Source: Alphaproteobacteria bacterium
Lineage (GTDB): Bacteria > Pseudomonadota > Alphaproteobacteria > CAAHEQ01 > UBA3637
Assembly: GCA_015062385.1 (NCBI GenBank)
Contig: SUUT01000003.1
Span: 76,066 to 140,065, forward strand
Direction: 5' to 3'
DNA: 64,000 bases
Position 1 is the first letter of the stretch; each line of letters begins with the position of its first letter. Shown one piece after another: positions 38,005-47,264 of this stretch. The notes beneath the pieces were generated by a model. That model saw only the letters and a list, made by a program, of their open reading frames with translations, did no database searches and was not told where the DNA came from. A program made the position numbers and the translations under genes.

Positions 38005-39243
38005 TTATATATCTAAACTGTTAGGGTTAAGTAGAAACTCTTTTAATCCCATAATTAAAATCCCATTTTCATCATAGTTTGGTAATCTTGATCCACCAAC
38101 AATAATAATTTTCTTAAATGAATCAGGAATATTCAACAACGGTCTTTCTTCTTGTTCTCTTTTTTCAACTGTTGGTAAGGCATAGGCAGATTGAATGTAA
38201 TATCTTTTGCTTCCATTATTCACAACAAAATCTACTTCAACTTTCTTTTCTTTTCCTTTTTCTGCAATTTCTAACACACCCACATCTACTTTATAGCCTC
38301 TGACATTTAATTCATTAAAGATAATATTTTCCATTAAATGTGTTTCTTCATGTTGTCTAAAATCTATTTTAGCATTTCTAAGACCTACATCTGTAAAATA
38401 ATATTTTGATGGTGTATTGATATACTTTTTTCCTTTTATATCATATCTTAATGCTTTTTCAATCAAGAATGAATCAAGTAAATAGTCTAAATATTGTTTA
38501 ATTGTTGGTGCTGAAAGAGATATCTTTTTACTCTTAAAAGTATCTGCCAATTTTTGAGGGTTTAATAATCCTCCGACACTGGATGAAATAATGGATAACA
38601 ATTCATCTAACTCTTCGGAGTGTTGAATGCTGTTTCTGGCAATCATATCTTTCAAATATGTTTCTTTATATAAGTTTTGAAGATACTTTACTTTTTCTTC
38701 ATTTGTTTTGAATGCAAACAAAGCAGGCATTCCTCCGAATGTGCAATATTCTGACCAAGCATCTGACCAATCCCCCCCCTTTGTGGAATAATATTCAGCA
38801 AAACTCAATGGATAAACTCTGATTTCATCTCCACGTCCTCTAAACTCTGTCACAATATCTGTGGAGAGGAACTTGGAATTACTACCGGTTACATAAACAT
38901 CTAAATTCCTAATATGTAAAAAACCGTTTAACACATCTTCAAATGCTTCCATCATTTGTACTTCATCTATAAGCAAATAATGCATTTTGTCATCAGATAT
39001 CTTTGAATTGACATAATGATAGCAATTATCCGGATTTCTATACTTCTTGTTTGCATAGTCATCCAACGCTAAATGAATAATGTGGTCTTCATTAACTCCA
39101 GTTTCTAAAAGGTGTGTTCTAAACAATTCGGATAAAAGATATGATTTCCCACATCTTCTTATCCCGCTGACTATCTTAATAAAACCATTATGTTTATGGT
39201 TGATTAACTGATTTAAATAAAAATCTCTTTGAATAATCTGCAT
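38005..39243 (-). CDS. AAA-type ATPase with DUF4143-like C-terminal domain
   Basis: 412 aa. Walker A GIRRCGKSYLL and Walker B LLIDEVQ. The architecture is typical of the ATPase+DUF4143 family. Confidence 0.7.
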   Translation of the reverse strand: MQIIQRDFYLNQLINHKHNGFIKIVSGIRRCGKSYLLSELFRTHLLETGVNEDHIIHLALDDYANKKYRNPDNCYHYVNSKISDDKMHYLLIDEVQMMEAFEDVLNGFLHIRNLDVYVTGSNSKFLSTDIVTEFRGRGDEIRVYPLSFAEYYSTKGGDWSDAWSEYCTFGGMPALFAFKTNEEKVKYLQNLYKETYLKDMIARNSIQHSEELDELLSIISSSVGGLLNPQKLADTFKSKKISLSAPTIKQYLDYLLDSFLIEKALRYDIKGKKYINTPSKYYFTDVGLRNAKIDFRQHEETHLMENIIFNELNVRGYKVDVGVLEIAEKGKEKKVEVDFVVNNGSKRYYIQSAYALPTVEKREQEERPLLNIPDSFKKIIIVGGSRLPNYDENGILIMGLKEFLLNPNSLDI

Positions 39244-39388
39244 TTGTAGCCCCTCTTTATGTCGTTTTAGATTTTACCGATTTATCGGAACTTTATAAAA
39301 TGATTATGGCATTAAAAGTACCAAAAGTCAAGAATTATTTTAGATTTTTCCGATTTATCGGAGTTTTCTAAAATAAAAGGACTGTTCA

Positions 39389-39937
39389 TCAGTCCTTTTT
39401 CTCATTATCTTGTATTGCTTTTTCTAATTGCTCTTCTGAAACACCATTTTTATAAAACAAATTCTCTAACTTTGTTGTTCTGTTTTCCAACTTTGCTATC
39501 CTTTCCTCTAATTCCTTTACTTTTCTTGTCAGTTCTTCATTTGTTAAGATTAAATCTGTCTTTTCTGAAACTAAATTATTCACTCGTCCTTCTGTGTAGG
39601 TTAATTGTTCTTGTAAGTATAGGTTTTCATTGACTGCTGTATCTCTTTCTGATTTTAACACCTTCTTATCTACATTAGTCATATCAAGACACAATCTTTT
39701 ATATTCTTTACCAGTCAAAGATAAAACTCGTCTGCCTTTTTTATCTATTTCCTTATAAAGGTATCCATCCCTTATTAAATCATTTATAAATGTTTTTGCT
39801 GTATTCACTGTCAAACCAATTGCCTCTGCTATGAACTCATTATTGGCAAAAAAGGCATAGTTATTACGGGTCTTAAACCATATATACTCTAACATATATC
39901 GTTTGGTTATTGACAATTCTGATTTTGATTTACTCAT
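39389..39937 (-). CDS. winged-helix DNA-binding protein with coiled-coil tail (possible replication or regulatory protein)
   Basis: 182 aa. N-terminal wHTH-like AEAIGLTVNTAKTFINDLIRDGYL and heptad-rich C-terminus. Iteron-like repeats lie immediately upstream. Confidence 0.5.
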   Translation of the reverse strand: MSKSKSELSITKRYMLEYIWFKTRNNYAFFANNEFIAEAIGLTVNTAKTFINDLIRDGYLYKEIDKKGRRVLSLTGKEYKRLCLDMTNVDKKVLKSERDTAVNENLYLQEQLTYTEGRVNNLVSEKTDLILTNEELTRKVKELEERIAKLENRTTKLENLFYKNGVSEEQLEKAIQDNEKKD

Positions 39938-40023
39938 CTTAAACTCCTGTTTTATTCATCACAGGGGTATTTATTCGGGTAAATATCCAAATTTTCATTT
40001 GAACAAAAAAATATTCGGGATAT

Positions 40024-40160
40024 TGTTATGTTCGGCATTTTAAGCCTTGAAGACTCTTATGTTCAGGACGTTAAAAAATGGAGGCTGTTATGTTCAACCT
40101 GAGGACCGATATGTTTTTTACCGAAGATGCTTATTCTCACTTCGGGAGGCTGTTATGTTC
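40024..40160. repeat. iteron-like direct repeats (TGTTATGTTC x3 exact plus 2 variants)
   Basis: tgttatgttc at 40024, 40086 and 40151. Variants at ~40055 and ~40108. The extended unit GGAGGCTGTTATGTTC occurs twice. Confidence 0.7.
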
Positions 40161-40723
40161 GCCTTATTTCTCTAAACCCCTTGTATTCATTGGTGTTTAG
40201 GGGTGTTTTTATTGTCTATAATAGTAATTATAATAGAAATAAAAAAGGATATATTATAATAAGTCAAAATAAAGACATTAGACCTCTTTTTTTCTTTGGA
40301 TTAAACCAGCAAAGGAATGTAATGGGAGTAATGTGGTGGGATAGTTATTAGATTAAATAACTAAACCCATATTATATTCAGTAAAGTAATCAGGGAATTA
40401 AAAGCAATTATATCCAACTGCCTGAGGCCATTAGATCAGATCAAAATATAAATTAGGAAAACCAACTGCTCGTGGGTGGCAACTGGTTTTGTGTGTGGTT
40501 GCTTTGGGGAAATTTGAAATGTTGCTACATAGAAAACCACCCAGAAAAGTTCTCAGAAAACTTTTAAAATTTCGGAGTAAAGTTCGGAGAAAACTTTTTT
40601 AAGTAAGGAGAAAAGTAAGGAGAAAAATCAAAAAAGTAAGGAAAAAACTAACCAACAAAACAATTTTAATGTAAATAAGTATTCATGCTTGAAAAATATA
40701 AGCAATTGGATTAAACTGCTTAT

Positions 40724-43621
40724 ATGTTAAACGCAGAAGAAATCAAAGCAAAATATTGGGCATTGGAGGTAATTTCATCTTCCAACCAATCGGACATTGC
40801 CAATTTGTCCGGTTCTTTGGAAACCTCCAAAATTGATTTAAATCCTCATCAAATTGAAGCCGCTTTGTTTGCTTTGAACTCCCCTGTATCACAAGGTGTT
40901 ATTTTGGCAGATGAAGTTGGTCTTGGTAAGACAATTGAAGCAGGTCTTGTAATTTCTGAATACTTTTCACGAGGTTGGACATCCGTCATAGTTGTTGCTC
41001 CCGCAAGTCTTTGTGCTCAATGGCAAGTTGAAATGCAAGACAAATTTAATTTGCCAACGCAAATTATAGATATAAAACTTTACAATTCGGCATTAAAAGA
41101 AAACAAAGATTTGTTTCAATTTAAAGGTATCTCAATTTGTTCATATAATTGTGTTCTTCAATTAAAAAAACAAATGAAAAATAAAGATTGGCATTTAGTT
41201 GTTATAGATGAAGCCCATAAATTAAGAAATCTTTACAAGGGTAAAACACAAATAGCCGAAGGGATATATAAAACATTTGAAAATCGAAAGAAACTATTAT
41301 TAACAGCAACACCGATACAAAACTCATTGATGGATATATTTTCACTTGTTAGTGTTATTGATACAAGCATCTTAGGTAATCAGTATTCATTTATGGAAAA
41401 CTATTTATATTCGGAAAAACACCATCAAGAACTAAAAGAACGGTTGAAATGTGTTTTACATCGCACTTTAAGAAAAGATGTTCTGGAATACATTAAATAT
41501 ACCAATCGTGAAGCAATGACAGTTGCATTTAATCCAACACCGGCCGAAGAAACATTATATTGTGCCGTTTCAAAATACATTCAAGAAGTCTCACAAATTG
41601 CCATTACAACTCGATTTAGAACATTGATTGTTTTAATGATACGCAAATTAATGAGTTCATCTACATCTGCTGTTAAAGGTACTCTTGAAGGACTAATGAA
41701 CAGATTAAATCGGATAGAACAAGTTCAGTCAGATATAGAAGATTTAAGTGATATTATCAAAGATGAAGATATTTTAAGAGAATATGCCGAAACAACCGAA
41801 TATCCGATAAAACAACAACTTTATTTTAAACAAAAACCTTTGTTGCAAAACATTGAATGGGAAAAGAAATGCTTACAACAACTGATGGATTTAGCATCTG
41901 AAATCAAAGTTGATGGAAAGACTGAAAAATTGATTGAAGCCCTTCATCAAGGGTTTGATAAGATACAAGCCAAAGGAGGGCAAAGAAAGGCTATTATCTT
42001 TACAGAAAGCAACAGAACATTGAATTATTTGTTTAATTACCTATCAAAAAATGGTTTTAAAGATAAAATCGTAACTTTTAATGGGCAAAATAATTCTCCA
42101 CTATGCAATCAAATATACAGTGATTTTGTAGAAAATCATTCATCAGATTTAACAGGTTCTCGAACAAATGACATGAAAAAAGCACTTGTAAATGCTTTTA
42201 AAGAAAATGCCGAGATTATGATTGCAACAGAGGCTGCTGCTGAGGGTTTAAACTTGCAGTTCTGTTCTCTTTTGGTCAATTATGACTTGCCTTGGAATCC
42301 TCAAAGAGTGGAACAACGAATTGGGCGTGTTCATCGGTACGGTCAAAAGTCTGATGTTGTTATCATTAACTTTATTAACAAGAAAAATGTTGCTGATGTA
42401 AGACTTTATGACATTTTGCAACACAAATTTAAGTTGTTTGATGGTGTATTCGGAGCAAGTGATGAGATTTTGGGAACACTCTCAGATGGCGTTGATTTTG
42501 AAAAAGCCGTTGCCTCCATTTTTGAACTTTGCCGAACAACAGAAGAAATCAACCGTGCTTTTGATGAATTACAAGAAAGACTAGGTGTTAAAAGAGAAGA
42601 AAAACTTGAAGAAGCCAAACAACTGGTATTAGAGAACTTAACGCCTACAACACAAGAAAAACTTCATCTTCGCCAACAACAAGTTGAAGATTATTTAGAA
42701 AGACGGAAACAAATCTTTTGGGATTTAACAGTTATTATGTTAAAGAAAAACCATCCGGATATGTTTATCAATGAACGGAGTAAAAAATTCGGTCCGTTTG
42801 AAGATCAAGTATTTGACATATACGATGAAGACAAAAAATACGGACACAATTTTAATTTTAAATTGGATTTTAATAAACGAGAATTTGAAATTCCTAAATA
42901 TATGATGTTACCAAGTGACAGAAAAGCCTTAAAACGTGCTCCGACTTCATATAATCCAGACTCAGGATATGGGAAAAGAATATTAGATGAAGCCATCCGA
43001 ACAAAAAGCCCATCCATTCATTTAATCTTAAATCCAACAGATAAATTAACCCCCGGATTAAAAGGACGATTAAAATTATCTCTTTATAAAATGATGGCAC
43101 CGGAAGATATGAAACACATGATATATACTGTTATCGGAGAGACAGGGGGCATATTAAAATTAAGTGCAGCAGATATTTTTGATAACATCAAAGAAGTTCA
43201 AGACAAATCCACTATTGGATATCAAGACTATCTGAATCAACTTCATCAAGAAAATATCAAAAAGTATGAAAAGTCCCAACAAAAACGAATAGATATGCTT
43301 TTGAAAGAGGAAATAGATAAACTCAATCGTTGGCTGATAGATGAAAAGCAAGCCATCCATTTAAAGGGAGAAAAGGAAAAGAATAAGATAACAAATCTTA
43401 AAAGACAATTAAAGATGGAAAAGGATTTTGAGGCAAAGCTGAAATTAAAAGCCGAAATCAAAGAGTTAGAAAATCAAATGAACAGCAACGAATTCAACAC
43501 ATTTGATACAGAACGAGAACTTGAAAAGAAATGTAACCGTTTAATTGGTGGCAAGAAACGAAGTCTTAAACTTGTTCATTCTGTTGAGGATGTGTTTGAT
43601 GTGTCGTGGAGTGTGGGGTAA
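40724..43621 (+). CDS. SNF2-family helicase with long uncharacterised C-terminal region
   Basis: 965 aa. ADEVGLGKTIEAG (motif I), VVIDEAHKLRN (motif II), LTATPIQN (motif III), helicase-C NPQRVEQRIGRVHRYGQ. The last ~350 aa are unassigned. Confidence 0.85.
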   Translation: MLNAEEIKAKYWALEVISSSNQSDIANLSGSLETSKIDLNPHQIEAALFALNSPVSQGVILADEVGLGKTIEAGLVISEYFSRGWTSVIVVAPASLCAQWQVEMQDKFNLPTQIIDIKLYNSALKENKDLFQFKGISICSYNCVLQLKKQMKNKDWHLVVIDEAHKLRNLYKGKTQIAEGIYKTFENRKKLLLTATPIQNSLMDIFSLVSVIDTSILGNQYSFMENYLYSEKHHQELKERLKCVLHRTLRKDVLEYIKYTNREAMTVAFNPTPAEETLYCAVSKYIQEVSQIAITTRFRTLIVLMIRKLMSSSTSAVKGTLEGLMNRLNRIEQVQSDIEDLSDIIKDEDILREYAETTEYPIKQQLYFKQKPLLQNIEWEKKCLQQLMDLASEIKVDGKTEKLIEALHQGFDKIQAKGGQRKAIIFTESNRTLNYLFNYLSKNGFKDKIVTFNGQNNSPLCNQIYSDFVENHSSDLTGSRTNDMKKALVNAFKENAEIMIATEAAAEGLNLQFCSLLVNYDLPWNPQRVEQRIGRVHRYGQKSDVVIINFINKKNVADVRLYDILQHKFKLFDGVFGASDEILGTLSDGVDFEKAVASIFELCRTTEEINRAFDELQERLGVKREEKLEEAKQLVLENLTPTTQEKLHLRQQQVEDYLERRKQIFWDLTVIMLKKNHPDMFINERSKKFGPFEDQVFDIYDEDKKYGHNFNFKLDFNKREFEIPKYMMLPSDRKALKRAPTSYNPDSGYGKRILDEAIRTKSPSIHLILNPTDKLTPGLKGRLKLSLYKMMAPEDMKHMIYTVIGETGGILKLSAADIFDNIKEVQDKSTIGYQDYLNQLHQENIKKYEKSQQKRIDMLLKEEIDKLNRWLIDEKQAIHLKGEKEKNKITNLKRQLKMEKDFEAKLKLKAEIKELENQMNSNEFNTFDTERELEKKCNRLIGGKKRSLKLVHSVEDVFDVSWSVG

Positions 43622-43624
43622 GTG

Positions 43625-44395
43625 TTATTTTCCTTTTAAACAACGAAAAACAGTAGAAAAAAATATCTTTACTTTCTGGTTTTGATTACTTTTTTTTGCT
43701 TGAATTATTTCTTCACATCTTTTTATAGATTTTCTCCCTTTTTTCGATAAAGGGTAATAATCTGAACATATATGATTTTTTAATTCAGGCCAAAAATCTT
43801 TATCATCTATTCCCCATTCTTCTTTTTGACAACACAACCATTCTTCTTCAGGAGCTTCAGGACATTCCCCCATTCCAAATTCTTCTTTTAGTGGAAACTT
43901 ATTCCAAATAGTTTCTTTTTTTAAAGAATTTTGCATAACAGCCTTTTTAAAAACATCATTTACTTTCATAAAAGATGTTTGTTTTTCAATTCGTTCTTCC
44001 TTTTCTTTTAGTTTTTTATTATATTCTTCAATGTATGCATCTTTTTCCCTTTGTTCTTTTCCAAAAAAAGATAAATCGCCTTTTCCTAATAATTGAATTT
44101 CTTTGTCTGTTAGATTTTTTTTATCCGTATAATAATTGCCATTGCCAATAATGTTTGGTCGTTCATAGTATTCTTTACAATGCATACAAAAAGCACATTT
44201 GGTACAGTTTCTTTTTTTGCGTACAACTTTCTTTATGTTGTTATAACCGATTAAAGTGATCAAAAAAACTATTACAGAGATAGTAAGAACAATTAAGGTA
44301 TAACTTACTATTTTGTATTCAAAATTTATATAATGGTTTTCTAAAAAAACAATTTTATTAAAAATCCAAGCAAAAACACTATTTCTTATTCCCAT
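43625..44395 (-). CDS. hypothetical membrane-anchored Cys-motif protein, translationally coupled to mod
   Basis: ATG lies 2 nt after the mod stop. One TM helix, then CTKCAFCMHC, then a further Cys-containing C-terminal region. Confidence 0.55.
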   Translation of the reverse strand: MGIRNSVFAWIFNKIVFLENHYINFEYKIVSYTLIVLTISVIVFLITLIGYNNIKKVVRKKRNCTKCAFCMHCKEYYERPNIIGNGNYYTDKKNLTDKEIQLLGKGDLSFFGKEQREKDAYIEEYNKKLKEKEERIEKQTSFMKVNDVFKKAVMQNSLKKETIWNKFPLKEEFGMGECPEAPEEEWLCCQKEEWGIDDKDFWPELKNHICSDYYPLSKKGRKSIKRCEEIIQAKKSNQNQKVKIFFSTVFRCLKGK

Positions 44396-44396
44396 A

Positions 44397-46034
44397 CTAC
44401 CCCTCATTTTCTTCTTCAAATTCAAAGTCTTCATCTTTTGGGGTGTAGTCTTTGAGGTTAAGAGGGTATCCGGCACGACCCCATTCGCATTTGGATAAAA
44501 TGGCTGTTGGAATCTTTTTAACCGTTATATTCGGATAATTGTTTGGATTTCCCATAAAGGCTTTGCAACAGATTAACAGGTTATTATCCCCCACTTCTTC
44601 GGCAATTTTAGCTAAAGAAGTTTCTTGTAAGCCCATTGTTGTGGTATAGATAAAACTCTTTTCGGATGAATAGCCTTGTTTCCAATACTTTTCTGTATCG
44701 GGTTTATAGTGATAGCCCAAAACCTTACACATGGCTTCGGCGAGCATATCGGCATTATATTCGGGGGAAATAATATCCATACCAAAAGAATCTTTGACGA
44801 TTAAAGAAGATGCTAATTCATAGAATTTGAACCCACCACCACAAGTCCAACCGGTTGCTTTGGTAACACCGCCGGCATCTTCACCTTTAATAACTTTTTG
44901 AAGTCTTGGTAAACAATGGGTATAGATATGGTCTCCCATTTCTACACCAATCCATCTACGTCCCATTTTATGAGCAACAGCACAAGTTGTTCCTGACCCC
45001 AAGAAACTATCAAGAACGATGTCGCCCGGGTTTGTTGCTAAATGTAAAATTCTATTGATAAGTTTCTCAGGTTTTGGGGTATCAAAAACATTCACAGAAT
45101 TAAAAGCAATCACTTCTTTTTTGGCATCTTGATTATGTCCAACTTCTTGATGTGTCCAAATGGTCATTGATGTCATACCATCTTTTACTTCTGATAAAAA
45201 ACGTTTAATTCTCGGAACACTATCTCCCTTGGGACCAAACCATATTCTGTTATCTTTTATCATATTATCCAGTGTTTCTTTACTTAATCTCCAACTTGTC
45301 CCAACAGGGGGCATAACCTCTCTCCCAGAAGGTGTTGTAATTGAGTATATATCTTTTTCAGTAATACGTTTAACTGAAATATCACCAGATGTCCAAGGTC
45401 CTCTTGGATCATTGTCAGGGTTTTTATAACGAGCATTCATTTCATCTGTTCTTGGAAGTAAATTTGGTTTCCATTCAAATTTATTTTTTGCATAAACCAT
45501 TATAAAATCATGATTGTCTGACAGCCATTTTGCATCATTTTGTGGAGAGAATTTTTTTTGCCAAATAACATTATTTACGAAATTTGCACGACCAAAAATC
45601 TCATCACATAACACTTTACAATAGGCTTGTTCATTATCATCTAATGAAATCCAAATACTTCCATCTTCCGATAACAATCGTCTTAAAATCTCTAATCTAT
45701 CACGCATTAAGGAAAGCCAGATAGAGTGTTCCAAGCCGTCATCATAGTGTTCAAAAGCATTACCTGTGTTATAGGGTGGATCAATATAAATACATTTAAT
45801 CTTACCTGTATAATCTTGTTCTAAAGCCTTTAATGCCAACAGATTATCCCCATGGATGAGCATATTGTCATAAGTTAGCTTGACTTTTTGTTCTTCAAAC
45901 AATCCATTCGGAGTTGTATCAGCTTCATAAGAAAATGACTTTTCTTTATCTTCTAACAAAATGCGAGGTTCCGGATTAAATCTATCCTCTTTCCCCGGCC
46001 ATGTTAACTCTAATCTCGTCAATTTACTTGTCAT
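44397..46034 (-). CDS. mod: Type III R-M DNA methyltransferase (Mod, N6-adenine, beta class)
   Basis: 545 aa. IYIDPPYNTGN catalytic motif upstream of DSFLGSGTT SAM-binding motif. The N-terminus LTWPGKE is typical of Mod. Confidence 0.85.
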   Translation of the reverse strand: MTSKLTRLELTWPGKEDRFNPEPRILLEDKEKSFSYEADTTPNGLFEEQKVKLTYDNMLIHGDNLLALKALEQDYTGKIKCIYIDPPYNTGNAFEHYDDGLEHSIWLSLMRDRLEILRRLLSEDGSIWISLDDNEQAYCKVLCDEIFGRANFVNNVIWQKKFSPQNDAKWLSDNHDFIMVYAKNKFEWKPNLLPRTDEMNARYKNPDNDPRGPWTSGDISVKRITEKDIYSITTPSGREVMPPVGTSWRLSKETLDNMIKDNRIWFGPKGDSVPRIKRFLSEVKDGMTSMTIWTHQEVGHNQDAKKEVIAFNSVNVFDTPKPEKLINRILHLATNPGDIVLDSFLGSGTTCAVAHKMGRRWIGVEMGDHIYTHCLPRLQKVIKGEDAGGVTKATGWTCGGGFKFYELASSLIVKDSFGMDIISPEYNADMLAEAMCKVLGYHYKPDTEKYWKQGYSSEKSFIYTTTMGLQETSLAKIAEEVGDNNLLICCKAFMGNPNNYPNITVKKIPTAILSKCEWGRAGYPLNLKDYTPKDEDFEFEEENEG

Positions 46035-46046
46035 TTTCTTGTTCCT

Positions 46047-46484
46047 TTACATATATTCATTTTCAATTTGTTGAGATAACTCTTTAAAAGTTTGCAATTT
46101 ATCACACATATCTTTTGCATCCAACAAATTATCCACTCTATCTAACAAATTATAAATTCTTTGAAGTTTTTGATTGTCTTTTAGTTTTTTAAGGGAGTAG
46201 TCCATTGGCATTTGAAAATAGGAACTATCTGAAAAATCAGAAACAAGTCGTATTCTATCTGGCACACCGAACTGCCTAAACATATCATTTGTTGCTTGTC
46301 GCTCTTCAGGAGACATTTTAAAGTTAATTTCTTCCTTTTGCATCATTTTCATACAAGCCATAATAAGTGTCTTAAAATATGGTGAACAATTTTCCATCAA
46401 GTATCCCATAGCAAGATTCCTCAACTTTCTCATGATACTGATAAATTTCTCTGCAATTTTATTTTCTAACTCTTTATTAGTCAT
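46047..46484 (-). CDS. hypothetical protein
   Basis: 145 aa, helical. Overlaps the upstream ORF by 8 nt. Confidence 0.5.
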   Translation of the reverse strand: MTNKELENKIAEKFISIMRKLRNLAMGYLMENCSPYFKTLIMACMKMMQKEEINFKMSPEERQATNDMFRQFGVPDRIRLVSDFSDSSYFQMPMDYSLKKLKDNQKLQRIYNLLDRVDNLLDAKDMCDKLQTFKELSQQIENEYM

Positions 46485-47253
46485 TAGTTTTATCCTTTAT
46501 CTTTTTATTATATTCTTCTAATTCTTGTTTTGCTGTTTTAAATTCAACAGAAAAATGTTTAAGGTAAACACTATCCAGTTTTAATTTTTTCTTCTTTTGG
46601 GGAAGTGAAGATGTTTTTTCTATTAATTCTTCTGTTCTTAACAACAAATCATTTATATGCATAATATTTCTTCTAACATTCATTTTATCTTCAGCAATTA
46701 AATTAGTGACTCTTAAAAGTTTAGCTTCTTGATTTTCACAACAACCAATATCTTGTAAAATTTTATTTCTATGTTGCACTAATTCTGTAATAATATAACT
46801 TCTTTGAATTATTACAAGTAAATCAACAACATAATTGCCATCCAATTCTATGCATGATGAATATTTTGATGCATTTATTGTATCAAGAAGTGAAAGTCTA
46901 AAATAGTTACATTCTCCTAGTTCATGAGAATGTTTTGTTAAAACTTCTACAGGAGATAAAGATATAATATTTTGTAATTTTAGAAATCTTTGTTTTAAAT
47001 CTATCAAAGGTTGAATACTGGCATATAATACAGATAGTAATAAATTTAAATTATTTCTCAATTCTCTTAACTCTTTTTGTTTTTCTGCACGACTTGCCCC
47101 AAAAAGCCAACTTAACCACCATATAAGTAAAGGAATAGCAATAGCACCTATTAGTGGAATAATTATGTCCTTCCACCAATCATATGCAGTAGTAGAAGAT
47201 TGTGTTGATGTTGTAAAGTTTTCAATAAAAACCGTTAAAGACATTCTACTCAT
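46477..47253 (-). CDS. hypothetical protein with N-terminal TM helix
   Basis: 258 aa. IIIPLIGAIAIPLLIWWLSWLF, then a helical region. Confidence 0.5.
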   Translation of the reverse strand: MSRMSLTVFIENFTTSTQSSTTAYDWWKDIIIPLIGAIAIPLLIWWLSWLFGASRAEKQKELRELRNNLNLLLSVLYASIQPLIDLKQRFLKLQNIISLSPVEVLTKHSHELGECNYFRLSLLDTINASKYSSCIELDGNYVVDLLVIIQRSYIITELVQHRNKILQDIGCCENQEAKLLRVTNLIAEDKMNVRRNIMHINDLLLRTEELIEKTSSLPQKKKKLKLDSVYLKHFSVEFKTAKQELEEYNKKIKDKTND

Positions 47254-47264
47254 CCTTTTTGTTG

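Noticed and set aside
40127-40351. 74-aa ORF in the 39.9-40.7 kb intergenic region.
   Set aside because: It starts inside the iteron array, has no RBS and has an implausible composition. The region is better explained as regulatory or origin DNA.
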